Source of the DNA: Eledone cirrhosa
Taxonomy: Eukaryota
Length of the DNA stretch: 64,000 bases
Direction of reading: 5' to 3'
Assembly (NCBI GenBank): GCA_964016885.1
Contig: OZ024742.1
Location: forward strand, 146,258,001 to 146,322,000
The first letter of the stretch is position 1. Each line of letters opens with the position of its first letter. A program made the translations under genes and the position numbers. Positions 1 to 13,020 of the stretch are shown here, one piece after another. Under the pieces are notes generated by a model, which was not told where the DNA came from, searched no databases, and saw only the letters and a list, made by a program, of their open reading frames with translations.

Positions 1-480
1 ATATTATACACACACTGACATCTCATCTCACATAAACATATACGTATGCAGTTACTGTTCCTTGGATATAACTACCTCTGGTATTATATATAATGGCTTT
101 ATATCATTATAGAGAATCAATACTTGATGTATTTCTATTGACTATTTTTATTTTATTTTATTTTTTTTTATTCATGTAGTAGAAAGACTATCACAAAATA
201 TGTTTCTGTTGGGATAGTTTTTTAAATATAAGTATATATCGTCATCATCATCATCATTTGGCTAGATCTGTTGTCATGCTTGAGACTAAATGGTTTGGAC
301 ACTATAGCTTGCTCATATTCTGTTCTATATTTTGACATGCCTTCTATGGCTGGATGCAATTCCTAATACCGACCAGTTTACAGAATGCACTGGGTTCATT
401 TTATCACAGCACCAGCACAAGAAAGTCTGTCATGTGCACTGAGTATATTTTATCATGACACCAACACTGCATACACACAG

Positions 481-558
<78 letters not shown>

Positions 559-560
<2 letters not shown>

Positions 561-1795
561 TTAGCTTTTGTCAACCTGGAGAAAGCCTTCGACAGAGTCC
601 CCCGCTCCATTATCTGGTGGGCTCTTAGAAAACTAGGCGTTGACGAATGGCTTGTGAGGGCTATACAAGCCATGTATAAAGAAACAGTCAGCAAGGTTAG
701 AATTAACAACGAATATAGTGAAGAGTTTAGCGTAAAAGTTGGCGTCCATCAGGGCTCTGTTCTCAGCCCCCTACTATTTATTATTGCCCTTCAGGCTATA
801 ACAGAGGAGTTCAAGACAGGCTGCCCATGGGAACTCCTATACGCAGATGACCTGACACTCATAGTGGAATCAATGGCCGAGTTGAGAAGAAATTCCAAAC
901 ATGGAAGCACGGCCTAGAGTCAAAAGGACTTAAAATTAAACTGGCTAAGACCAAAGTTCTAGTTTGTAGGAAAGAAAACAAGGCGGCCGTCCCTTCTGGG
1001 AAATGGTCGTGCTCGGTGTGTAGGAAAGGCGTAGGTAGAAACTCCATTTTATGTCCTAAATGCAAAGTATGGGTGCATAAAAGATGTAGTGGGATCACAG
1101 GTAAGCTAACTAAGAACATAGATTTTACATGTGGCCGGTGTTCTGGTGCAATAAGTAGCAGCAAGTGCCCACAAAATACTAGCTCTTTCAATTGCGCAGA
1201 GGGTTCTATAGAAATAGTGGACAGCTTCCGTTACCTGGGCGATAAAATCAGCAGTGGGGGAGGGTGCTCTGAAAGTACTGTAGCTAGAGTCAGAACTGGT
1301 TGGAAAAAGTTCAGAGAGCTTATACCACTATTAGCTGCTAAAGAGTTCTCCCTAAAAATGAAAGGCAGGTTGTACGATGCCTGCATACGAACAGCAATGT
1401 TGCATGGCAGTGAGACCTGGGCATTGTGTGCAGAGGATATACGCAGACTAGAGAGGAACGAAGCTTGCATGCTCCGCTGGATGTGTAACAGTAATATACG
1501 TGAACGGCAAAGCAGAAACGAACTAAGGAAAAAATTAGAGATAAGAGGGATCAGATGTTGTTTACTCGAGAGAAGGCTACGTTGGTATGGACACGTGATG
1601 CGCATGAAAGTCGATAGCTGTATAACAAAGTACAGGGCAATAAAGATAGACGGTAGTCACGGAATAGGCAGACCTAGAAAAACCTGGGACGAGCTGATAA
1701 ACTCCGACATCACACACTTACACCTCTCCAAGACAATGTCACTGGACCGAGACCTTTGGCGGTACTCAGTAACAGAGAAGACCCGCCTTACCTAA
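559..1795 (+). pseudogene. RTE ORF2 fragment with a single frameshift near 885
   Basis: ORFs 654-917 and 1016-1795 join into one RT-like protein if one base is restored at ~885. C4HC3 motif CSVC..CPKC..WVHKRC..CGRC. Confidence 0.9.
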
Positions 1796-2200
1796 ATATA
1801 TATAGTAAAACCTACTCCAGCCAGTAGGCATCTCTAACAAAATACACCCCCGTCCCACCACCACCACCCCCACCCCATCCACACCACCCCGTTCTATGTA
1901 AAGTTATGTTGGTGCCGCGCCATCCAGGCCGAAACAAATGAGATCGTGTAGGTGTCACGACAAAAAAACACACAGTCCACGCTGTAATGTGGCCGTGTGT
2001 AGGCAACACGGTAAAAACCTCCCAGACCCACACTGTAAATGTGGTTGGTGTTAGGAAGGGCATCCAACTGTAGAAAACCTGCCAGACAGTCCTATGCGAG
2101 CAAGACAATCATTCTTGCCTCAAGTGGGTCTACCCCCGTCCAAACCCATGCAAGCGTGGAACACGGGACGTTAAACGTTGATGATGATGATGATGATGAT
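559..2200 (+). mobile_element. 5'-truncated RTE-clade LINE: RT domain, PHD finger, 3' UTR and (GAT)n tail
   Basis: Translation gives AFVNLEKAFDRVP, GVHQGSVLSPLLF, LLYADD, FRYLG, GSETW, RLRWYGHVMR and GRPRKTW. Stop at 1795, 3' UTR to ~2177, then (GAT)n. The copy starts directly after a (TA)n tract. Confidence 0.93.
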
Positions 2201-2910
2201 GCTCCGCTGGATGTGTAATAGTAATATACGTGAACGGCAAAGCATAAACGAACTAAGGAAAAAATTAGAAATAAGAGGGATCAGATGTTGTTTACTCGAG
2301 AGAAGGCTACATTGGTACGGACACGTGATGCGCATGAAAGTCGATAGCTGTATAACAAAGTGCAGGGCAATAAAGATAGACGGTAGCCACGGAATAGGCA
2401 GACCTAGAAAATCCTGGGACGAGCTGATAAACTCCGACCTCACACACTTACACCTCTCCAAGACAATGTCACTGGACCGAGACCTTTGGCGGTACTCAGT
2501 AATAGAGAAGACCTGCCTTACCTAAATACATAGTAAAACCTACTACAGCCAGTAGGCATCTCTAACAAAATACACCCCCGTCCCACCACCCACACCACCC
2601 CCTCCTATGTAAAGTTATGTTGGTGCCACAACATCCAGGCCGAAACAAATGAGATCGTGTAGGTGTCACGACAAAAAAACACACAGTCCACGCTGTAATG
2701 TGGCCGTGTGTAGGCAACACGGTAAAAACCTCCCAGACCCACACTGTAAATGTGGTTGGTGTTAGGAAGGGCATCCAACTGTAGAAAACCTGCCAGACAG
2801 TCCTATGCGAGTAAGACAATCACTCTTGCCTCAAGTGGGAATACCCCCGTCCAAACCCATGCAAGCGTGGAACACGGACGTTAAACGTTGATGATGATGA
2901 TGATGATGAT
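2199..2910 (+). mobile_element. Second, shorter copy of the same RTE family, joined head-to-tail to the first
   Basis: Near-identical to 1469-2200 (MLRWMCNSNIRERQS to the (GAT)n tail). Begins inside the (GAT)n tail of copy 1. Confidence 0.93.
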
Positions 2911-2984
2911 ATATATCGTGGTAATAACTTGGTAAAAAATATCCAAGTAGAGAGCAACTTGAGTCTGTAGGACAAGTTTTAATA

Positions 2985-3175
2985 TAATTATTAATTGTTT
3001 CTACTTTTGGCACAAGGCCAGCAATTACCCAGTACATTACTGGTACTTTATTTTATCGACCCTGTAAGGATGAAAGACAAAGTTAACCTCGGCGGGATTT
3101 GAACTCAGACCGTAAAGGGAAATAACTATGCTAGAAAGCATGGCATCCAACCCTCTACTGGTACTGCCAATCAGT
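2985..3175 (-). mobile_element. tRNA-derived Meta-domain-type SINE
   Basis: Reverse complement of the family consensus TGGCAGTA..GTAGAG..GTTCAAATCCCGCCGAGGTTAACTTTG.CTTTCATCCTTAC.GGGTCGATAAAATAAAGTACCAG..GGCCTTGTGCC..AGAAACAATTA. Confidence 0.85.
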
Positions 3176-3737
3176 TACTACAACAGCACCACACCAGGAA
3201 TGTACATATGTTTTCTGGTTCAATTCTATTGGCACAAGTTGAAAATGTTGGCCCTCCAAATCAACAAAAATCTAGGTTCCTAGTATGTAACTGTTGTAGT
3301 GACTGGCTTTAATAAATTTATATACTTTAAAGCATAGTAATTATGCATACACTTCAAAATACTTTCATGTGGTTTTATCATTCCGGTGAATTCCATTATT
3401 GCAGATTTTACACTTATATTGACTTCCCTGATCATCAAAACAAAGTAGGCTTCGAAAAAAAGAAAAAATAGTAGTTGAGAGGATTCTTCATTTATGTCAA
3501 GGATGTAACAACCTCCTTAGAACTGGTGACATGATAAAATGCATCCAGCACGCTCTGTAAAGTGGTTAGTGTTAGAAAGGACATTCTGCCATAGAAATCA
3601 TGCCAAAGATCTGGAACAGAAGCAAGATATGTTCCCTCAACCCATCTAAGAGGATAGTAGCTCTGATTAATTACTGACTTGGTTTGTAACGACCCATCCA
3701 ACCCATGCTAAGAAGGAAAAATGAATGTAAAATGTTG

Positions 3738-3777
<40 letters not shown>

Positions 3778-3814
3778 GACATGGCTATAAAACTGAAGCG
3801 TGTTTGCATATAGT

Positions 3815-4155
3815 TAACCATGGTGTAATAGTAGGAAAAACACTCAATGTTATGCAACTCAACCATCTTTGATGTTGCGGGAATGGAATTAATTATCAGA
3901 CTGATTAAAATGACAGGAGGTCAGACTGGTGTAGTTTCCTTAAAGTTTTATTGTTGCAAAAACACTATATATATTTCAATGGCCAGGTTACAAAAAATCC
4001 TGGTGACATCATCAGGTGTGTATTACATAATTAGTTACTCATTAAAGGAATTAAGGCAAACACAAACAGAGAAAATATAAGCAGAGAAAATAGAAAAAAT
4101 ATTTGATTTGGAAATTGCCTACAGAGTAGATGTTATTGACATAGACCATCTCTGA
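3815..4155 (-). mobile_element. ORF-less hammerhead-bearing element (Penelope-like pLTR-type relic), family H1
   Basis: Homologous along its length to 26440-26880. Carries a hammerhead motif at 3962-4019 and has (TA)n tracts on both sides. Confidence 0.6.
3962..4019 (-). ncRNA. Type I hammerhead ribozyme, core intact, base of stem II decayed
   Basis: Minus strand ACAC-CUGAUGA-UGUCA CCAGG(loop)CCUGG CCAUU-GAAA-UAUAUA-UA-GUGU. Stem I ACAC/GUGU, palindromic stem III. Confidence 0.65.
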
Positions 4156-4479
4156 ATATATATATATATATATTTACATGTGCACACACAGTATATACTT
4201 GTGTATATACTGCATATTTTCCTTGAAAATATAACATGAAAGACAAGCAGAAAACTCTTTTAAAAGACCCACATAACCTCATTGGTCACTTTAACACCCT
4301 CTCACAACACTAAAGGCCTTCTCTACTCCACCTACATACAGTCAGTCATTCTTCACCTAAACTATAATTAAACCAAGAAATGAATGAATGAAAGTATGAA
4401 CTTTATGAAAAACTTCTTTACACAACTACCATTTCTTTATAGTTATACCTTGCTTGATAATTTCATATTTCTTTTAGAA

Positions 4480-6015
4480 TTCATTCCTCCACCATCACTA
4501 CCATTCCTCCACCATCACTTTCCCAAATTTCTTTTATCTCACTCCTCTCATATATTCAACCAACATCACCAATTTTACTCTAATATATTTCACCAGCATC
4601 ACTACCATTCCACCAGTATCACTACCATTCCACCACCATCACTACCATTTCACCACCACTCTACCACCATCACTACCATTCCACCAGTATCACTACCATA
4701 CCACCACCATCACTACCTTCCACCACCATCACTACCATAGTACCACCATTCCACCACCATCACTACCACTATCACTCCCATCTCTACCATAGTACCACCA
4801 TCACTACCATTCCACCACCACCACTACCATTCCACCACTATCTCTACCATAGTACCACCATCACTACTATTCCACCACTATCTCTACCATAGTACCACCA
4901 TCACTACCATTCCACCACTATCTCTACCATAGTACCACCACCACTACTATTCCACTACCATCTCTACCATACTACCACCATCACTACCATTCCACCACCA
5001 CCACTACCATTCAACCACTATCTCTACCATAGTACCACCATCACTACCATTCCACCACTATCACTACCATTCCACCACCACTACCCTTCCACCACTATCT
5101 CTACCATAGTACCACCATCACTACTATTCCACCACCATCTCTACCATAGTACCACCATCACTACTATTCCACCACTATCTCTACCATAGTACCACCACTA
5201 TCTCTACTATAGTACCACCATCACTACCATTCCACCACCACCACTACCATTCCACCACTATCTCTACCATAGTACCACCATCACTACAATTCCACCACTA
5301 TCTCTACCATAGTACCACTATCTCTACCATAGTACAACCATCACTACCATTCCACCACTATCTCTACCATAGTACCACACCACTACTATTCCACCACTAT
5401 CTCTACCATACTACCACCATCACTACCATTCCACCACCACCACTACCATTCCACCACTATCTCTACCATAGTACCACCACTATCACTACCATATAACCAC
5501 CATCACTACAATTCCACCACTATCTCTACCATAGTACCACCATCACTACAATTCCACCACTATCTCTACCATAGTACCACCACTATCTCTACCATAGTAC
5601 CACCATCACTACCATTCTACCACTATCACTACCATTCCACCACCATCACTACCATTCCACCACCATCACTACCATACCACTACCATACCACCACCACCAT
5701 CACTACCATTCTACCACTATCACCACCATTCCACCACCATCACTACCAATCCACCACCATCACTACCACACCACTACCATTACACCACCACCACCACCAC
5801 CATCACCACCATTCCACCACCATCACTACCATACCACTACCATTACACCACCACCACCACCACCATTCCACCACCATCACTACCATACCACTACCATTAC
5901 ACCACCACCATCACCACCACCATCACCACCATCACTACCATACCACTACCATTACACCACCACCACCACCACCACCACCATTCTACCATTCTACCACTAT
6001 CACTACCATTCCATT
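4480..6015. repeat. Minisatellite / compound repeat of CCACCATCACTACCATT- and TCTCTACCATAGTACCAC-type units
   Basis: Units are directly visible, tandem and degenerate over ~1.5 kb. Confidence 0.95.
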
Positions 6016-6309
6016 CCTCTCATTTCTTCCATCTATCCCTCATATTCATTAATCATTACCTTCGTTTAGTCTCACTAATATTTCCTGGTCTTTGCAAATT
6101 TTCTATTTTCTACACACACATTATACTACGTTCTTAATGATTACTTTCAATCTCTATACACTAATTAATAATTTATCTTTAGTTTCTTACATTCAAAGTA
6201 ATTACAATTATTTTTCTGATAGCATTCTTAAAGGAATTACTTGCAATTTGCCATCACTCTCTACATAATTAGCTTTTATTTTACATCAGAAAGATTTCTC
6301 CCTATCACT

Positions 6310-6470
6310 CTTTGTTGTTGTTGCTGTTGTTGCTGTTGTGGTTGTTGTCATTGTTGTTCTTTATATTTTTGCTTTTGTTTTTGTTTTTTATTAGTATTTC
6401 TATTTTTTCAGTTTTGGAATCTCTTGATATGGAAGTTTTCACAATATTTTTGTTCAATGGTAGAAGCAAC

Positions 6471-6533
<63 letters not shown>

Positions 6534-6728
6534 TAATAATAATAATGATGATGATGGTGATGATGATGATCATAATGATGATGATGATGATGATGATGAT
6601 GACAGTGGTGGTGGTGGTGGTGGTGATGGTGGTGGTGGTGTTGATGGTGGTTGTGGTGGTGATGATGGTGTTGTTGGCAATGATGATGCTGATGATGATG
6701 ATGATGATGATGCTGACAATGTTTATGG

Positions 6729-6780
<52 letters not shown>

Positions 6781-6795
6781 AGTGATGATGTACTG
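6310..6795. repeat. Compound trinucleotide microsatellites (TTG)n, (TAA)n, (GAT)n, (GGT)n
   Basis: Directly visible. They account for the low-complexity ORFs in this span. Confidence 0.95.
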
Positions 6796-8767
6796 GATGA
6801 CATTTTACATGCAGAAGGTTAGAGATATATTTCAAAAGAGTAAAAATTATTTTAAAATCCAACCTGAATGCGAGAAATCTAGTGACTGCAATGAAAATCT
6901 GGGCAGTCGCAGTGGTTAGATATAGTGCATCCATTCTCAGGTAGATTGAAGAAGAAATAGAGAAGTTGGATAGAAAGACGATAATATTAATGACATTAAT
7001 AATATAATTGACTTTGATTTCATTTATAATTGAACCAAGATATAACTTTTATACAGGCTTCTCTCATATTTCTTTTACAAAGAAATATTTTAAAGAATTT
7101 ATGTAATATATAATATCATTATCATCATCCTTTTATAGCCATCTTCCATACTGTCATGGTCTGGATGGATTGTCACAGTCCAAGATTAGGCTGGACTCAT
7201 ATTTGGCATGGTTTCTAAAGCTGGATGCCTTTCCTAATGCCAACTATTTACAGAGTATAATGGATGGATTTTACTGTTACACCAGCACTACCAATTTGCA
7301 GAGTGTACTGGGGCATTTTAATGTGACATCAGTACTACCACTTTACAGAGTATCTATTTAAGAAAAATTAATTTTGTCAGTCTAAGATATATTATTCAAT
7401 TTAAGAAACAAATTCACCTTTGCTCTTTGATTTCCTCCCTCCCCTCTCTCTCCTAATTTCTTAATGTCAGCTGATCTTTGCTTTAGAAATATTCCTGCAT
7501 GTCATAAAAGATGAGCAAAAGCGTTAGTGCTAAGAAGGTCATCTTGCTGTAAAATATTGCTTCAAAAAGAACCACATGTTGAGTATGAAGTCCTTCATGG
7601 GTCTAACCTCTGTTTTAGAAGGAAGCAAATGGCTCTATGATGCTAGCTGCTTTGCTTTTGACATATAGCCTATCTCTTTGAGCTAATGTGCCTCCAGGCA
7701 TTGAATTCACAACCCTACAATCATGAGGCAAACATCCTAACCACTAAGCTACCAACCATCACAATACTAATAACTCCTCTAAATATAATAATTCTTAATG
7801 AAGCCATCTTCAGTCACATCTTCGACACATAACTAAAGAATATTAACAGTGGAATTTTAAATTATTGCAGTTCCACCCCCTTAAAATAAAAGCAATATCC
7901 TGTAATAAATTTTCAGAATCTATTAGGAAAATGTTGTTATCTTTTGACATTGCGAAGACTAAAAGACAGAATAACATTAAAATGAATGTGATGTCTAGTC
8001 AATTTACATTTTTAATAACAAAAATGCATTTCTCTCTCTTCTTTAGAGGCAGAGTCACAATAATTTATGTCTGCTTCTATTTGTTTCTTAGTAATTCCTT
8101 CATTTACATAAAGTTATTGATTGTTTTCTTTTATTCTTGTTCAAGATGCTGAAAATGCTTCTGAATTTGGTAGGAAGAATGTCTTTTAAATTACAGATGT
8201 TGTTAATGCTGCTTCAGTTTTATTATATAATTAGCATAATGTTAAGGAATTCTGTTCAATTACTCTTATCATCGTTATGAAAATACCCCTGGAATGCTAT
8301 AAAATGCTGACACATGAGAGTTATCAATCAGGACTAAACAAAATATAACTGCAGCCATATAACTGATTCTCAATATTCCATTTTCAGTTTATTGTTAACC
8401 AACACAATAGCTTTAATCTTTTATATTTCCATTCAGCCTAACAAGATTCCTACTCAATATTAATCCTTACTGAATCACATAAGCTATTACGATTCCTAAT
8501 TCTATTTGTCAGCATTATTATAATCCTATTTCTGAAATAAATTCTTTCTTATACAAGGATCTTTTCTATATGTCATGTATAATATTCCACAAGGATCTTT
8601 CCTGTATGCCATATATAAAATATTACATGAAAGATTTAAAAAAATTAATGTATATCATCATTGTCATCATCATCATTGTTTAACATTTATTTTCCACACT
8701 AGCAGGGATAGGATGGGCTGTCCATTTGTGAGAGAGCAGATCGGAGGACCATGTTTTGCTCACACAT

Positions 8768-9800
8768 TATTATTATTATTATTAATCGATAAAATAAAGC
8801 ACCAGTAATGCAATGGGGTAATTGCTGGCCTTGTGCCAAATGTAAAAATATAAATTATTATTGTTAATAATGGTTTCTGATTTAGGCACAAGGCCAGCAA
8901 TTACGCCAGTGTATTACTGGTACTTTATTTTATCGACCCCGTAAGGATGAAAGGCAAAGTTAACCTCGGCAGGATTTGAATTCAGATCATAATGGGCCAT
9001 AACTCTATGCTGCAAAGCATGGTGTCCAACCCTCTACCGATATTGCCAATGGTGGTTTGGCAGTATCAGTTGAATGACAGACACCATGCTTTGCAGCATA
9101 GAGTTATGGCCTTTTACGTTCTGAGTTCAGATCCCGCCGAAGTTAACTTTACCTTTCATCCCTGTGGAGTCGATAAAATAGAGCAGCAGTAATGTACTGA
9201 CTGGGGTCAACTTAATCGACTTTCCCCTCCCCACAAATTACTGGCCTTGTGTCTATACTAGAAATCATTATTATTATTAGTACCAGTGATGCACTGGGTA
9301 ATTGCTGTCCTTGTGCCTAAAGTAGAAACAATTATTATTATTATTATTAGACATTAAACTATTGCGGTGGATTGGCAGTATCAGTAGAGGGTCGGACACC
9401 ATGCTTTCCAGCATAGTTACGTCCCTTTACGATCTGAGTTCAAATCCCGCTGAGGTTAACTTTGCCTTTCATCCTTACGGGGTCGATAAAATAAAGTACC
9501 AGTAATGCACTGGGTAATTGCTGGCCTTGTGCCTAAAGTAGAAACAATTATTAGACATTAAACTATTTGTTTCTTGGAGATGTGGATTGTCAGTATGGGT
9601 AGAGTGTCAGACAACATGCTTTGTGGCATATAGTTATGTCCCTTTACATTCTGAGATCATATCCTGCTGTGGTGAGATTTGCCTTTCATCCTTATGGAGT
9701 TGATAAAATAAAATACCAGTAATGTACTGGGGTCGATTTAATCAGCTTTCCCCTCTCCCAAAATTGTTGGCCTTGTGCCTAAATCAGAAACCATTATTAC
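8768..9800. mobile_element. Cluster of about seven full and partial Meta-type SINE copies in both orientations, separated by (TTA)n
   Basis: Repeated B-box GTTCAAATCCC, central CTTTCATCC..GTCGATAAAATAAAGTACCAG and tail GGCCTTGTGCC..AGAAA.CA(TTA)n. The copy at ~9364-9546 has a ~21 bp TSD, ATTATTAGACATTAAACTATT. Confidence 0.88.
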
Positions 9801-9804
9801 CAAT

Positions 9805-9965
9805 AGGTGTAAGCATGGCTATGTAGTTAAGGAGTTCTGTTCACAGCCATCTGGTTTAGGTTCAATCCCACCGTGTTGCATCTTGGGCAAGTGTCTTCTA
9901 GTATAGCTTCATGTTTACCAATACCTTGTGAGTGAAATTTGATAGTTAGAAACTGCAGAAGCCCT
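9805..9965 (+). mobile_element. CORE-type tRNA SINE fragment
   Basis: A-box-like TGGCTATGTAGTTAAG, B-box GGTTCAATCCC and CORE-like CTTGGGCAAGTGTCTT. Confidence 0.7.
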
Positions 9966-11247
9966 TTAAATGTGTGCATGTGTGTTTGTGTATGCCTAGG
10001 TTCGTATTTATGTCCTGTAACCTAAGTAGCAGACAAGTAAAAAATGCCAAAATCGATATGACCAATTACATCACTTCAAAGCATTGCCCCAACATGGTCC
10101 ACAGTCTAATGACTGAAACTGGTAAAATAGCAGAAGAGTATCATCTCCATTTAGTGCCTATTTTCTATTCTTGCAATGGTTAGACAGGTAGTCATGTCCT
10201 GAATATATCAAGATTTTATCAATTGAACATTTGAAGATCATCAGATTTGACTAAAGAAACCATGTTTCCATTGTTTATACTTTCTGTCAGTCATAATTCC
10301 TGACAACAAAAAGCAGGATTTGAACAGAGAACAAACGGAATGATAATGTATACTGTAAAGTATCCAGTGCAATTCTTTAACAACTCTGCCAATCCATTGC
10401 CCCTGGACGGGTACTTTATTTATCAACTCTGAAAGGATGAAAGGCAAAGATGATCTTCAGAGCAGAGAGAGCTGGAATAAATGTCTAGGTATTTAATCTG
10501 ACATCTTAATGAATCTGCCAATTAGCTAAACAGATAATTAATGAAAATTGAGTGAACATAATAAATTAAATGTGTGTCAGCTTCTACATTTACTGTTTTT
10601 AATGTCCCTCTATCTCTAGATGAACCAATCAAATGTCAGCTTTTTCAAAAAATGCAGTCTCGCACACACATTTATAAAGAAAGCAATGAGGTTGCCATTG
10701 ATTTCAATTTTAGCTGTGTCATAATAAATCAAGAACCACATATGGATTTATGTTGGCCCTAAGAATTCCATAAGAAGTTAATTTTGGATTGTGAGATCAA
10801 CAAGTTTATAAGAAAAAATAGTTTCTCCTCTCAGAATACTGAGAGAAATAAATTAATTTGAACTTCCATATCTAGAATTATGTCCTTTCACTGGCATAGT
10901 GTTATGCTCACTGGGAGGCAACATCTCTAGAGTCACATCTTTCTGTTGGTATAGACTGCTATTGTATGTGTTGGGAACCAAGCAATACAACAACCCTTGA
11001 AACCATTATCTTCTAACAAAACAAGTAAAAAGAGAAAGAGAAAGAGAGAGAAGAAAGAATTTAGTAATAATTTAGAGAAGTAATAGGACATTGCTGGGTA
11101 GTTTTATGTAATAGTAATGGTTGGATCATTACATGGCAGTGTGTTAGTTAGATCAATTGTACTGTAGTTTTATAGCCCATGGTAATATGGTAGTTTGATC
11201 AATTCAGAGAAGATTTCAATGTAGAAATATACTCATTACTTGTTGCT

Positions 11248-11321
<74 letters not shown>

Positions 11322-11605
11322 CCTTTATATTTGTAAGTTTGTGTGCTACTATGTATGTATTTGTAGGTATCTGTGTCTCACAGCATAGGTATATTTACAT
11401 GTATGTATTTATGTATCAATATATGTACATATCTTTGTATTAGTGTTCACATGTGTAAAAGTTTGTGTCAGTGAGTATATGTATGTGTATATTTCAGCAG
11501 TAACTCAAATCCACCAGATTACAAAATTTGTTCCAGTAAAATATCCAGAGGAAACTCCACTCTATGTGTGTATCTATGTTATTGTGTATAACTCTTTGAG
11601 TGTGG

Positions 11606-11661
<56 letters not shown>

Positions 11662-11665
<4 letters not shown>

Positions 11666-11825
11666 CGTAAAATAAGAAAATTTCTTAAAAAAAATTTTTT
11701 TTTTAAAATTAACTTACTTACTTAAATTTTCACTCCAACTAATTAGTTTCTGCAATGGGATAAAGACAGTTACATAATGAACTGTTGAGAATTTTTTTTT
11801 AAGAAATTTTCTTATTTTACGTCTT
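11662..11825. repeat. Fold-back element with ~35 bp inverted arms enclosing the 3' half of a hammerhead (minus strand)
   Basis: AAGACGTAAAATAAGAAAATTTCTTAAAAAAAATT and its reverse complement at ~11790-11825. Minus strand GAAA-CUAAUUAG-UU-GGAG at 11733-11750. Adjacent to (TA)n. Confidence 0.7.
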
Positions 11826-11942
11826 ATATATTATTGTTCTGCATTCTCCTGCATTGAACCACCTAGGTACTATGACATAACCTGTGTATTTGCTGGCATT
11901 AGCGTACACCTGTGCGCTTATGTTAGTAGATATATTAAATTA

Positions 11943-12054
<112 letters not shown>

Positions 12055-12469
12055 TGTATGTGTGTGTGTGCCTGTGTATGCCATTGAGTATGTGTGTTGA
12101 TGTGTGTGTATGTATCATTGTATGTGTATTTGGACAGTAGACCTAAACATCATAAGACCTATTCCAGAAGAATACCCAGAGGAAAGACTACATTGTGTCT
12201 AATTCAAGACATACATCCTTCCTTGCAACTAGCTTAATTATTTATTCAATTCACATTTCTCTCTCCCACCTCCTCTAACTTTACATTAATCCCCATGGAC
12301 AGATCACCACTAATTTATCAAACACTAATCTCTCTTATTACCTGGCAATACTTACCAGTCTCAGGTGATTCTATATTGGAACTAATATACCTCTGTTGTA
12401 TTTATAAACTAAGGACAGAATAGTTCAAAATTAAAACAAAACCGAGACCGAGACTCTGCTAATCACCAA

Positions 12470-12776
12470 TATTATTATTATTATTACAGTTGCATTTATC
12501 TTGCTTTATGTTCATACGAGTTCTCACCAAGTCACAACCAGTGACCTCAAGAGACAACAAGAGCAGCCATGTTCAAGAAAGAACACACATACACATACAT
12601 GCATCTTTAGGTATTTTGACTTGTGGTGTACTTATATTGACAGAATCTTCCTTAGTATATGGGCAGTTCCCGTTAGTACTATCTTTTGTATTTCTCCTAT
12701 ACGCGGGTTTCCTGGGATTTGCGATAATCCTAGAGCGCCTACAACCACTGGTATTGTTTTAGTTCTCAATTTCCAC

Positions 12777-12807
<31 letters not shown>
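12470..12807 (-). mobile_element. 3'-terminal fragment of the R4/Dong family-A LINE, with (TAA)n on both sides
   Basis: Reverse complement matches 40310-40622, the RLE C-terminus IQKIVL(T/M)G(T/A)AHILRKILSI* plus 3' UTR. Confidence 0.9.
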
Positions 12808-13020
12808 GAATGCCATGGTTGACGGAGGCTCGGCTCTGTAAGGTATAGTAATTTTTAACCGTTAAAACAATTGTAAATTGTTTAAAACTTGAACCAAATT
12901 GTTGATAAAGACACCCTCCTCCTCGTGAGAGGGGTCTTTCTGTCCGTTATTTGGCCCTTCGGGGTTAAATAACCAGTTATTGGGGTTTTGTACCCAAAAT
13001 TTCATTTTAAACAAAAAAAC

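Noticed and set aside
6241-6934. Poly-N/D/H/M ORFs
   Set aside because: Microsatellite translation artefacts.
7795-7830. Minus-strand GACUGAAGAUGGC hammerhead 5' half
   Set aside because: No matching GAAA or stem III follows.
12907-12990. HDV-like ribozyme in the Tx1 5' UTR (contains UCCUCGU)
   Set aside because: No upstream P1 strand and no P1.1 GG before the UUCG hairpin. Kept only as a structured UTR.
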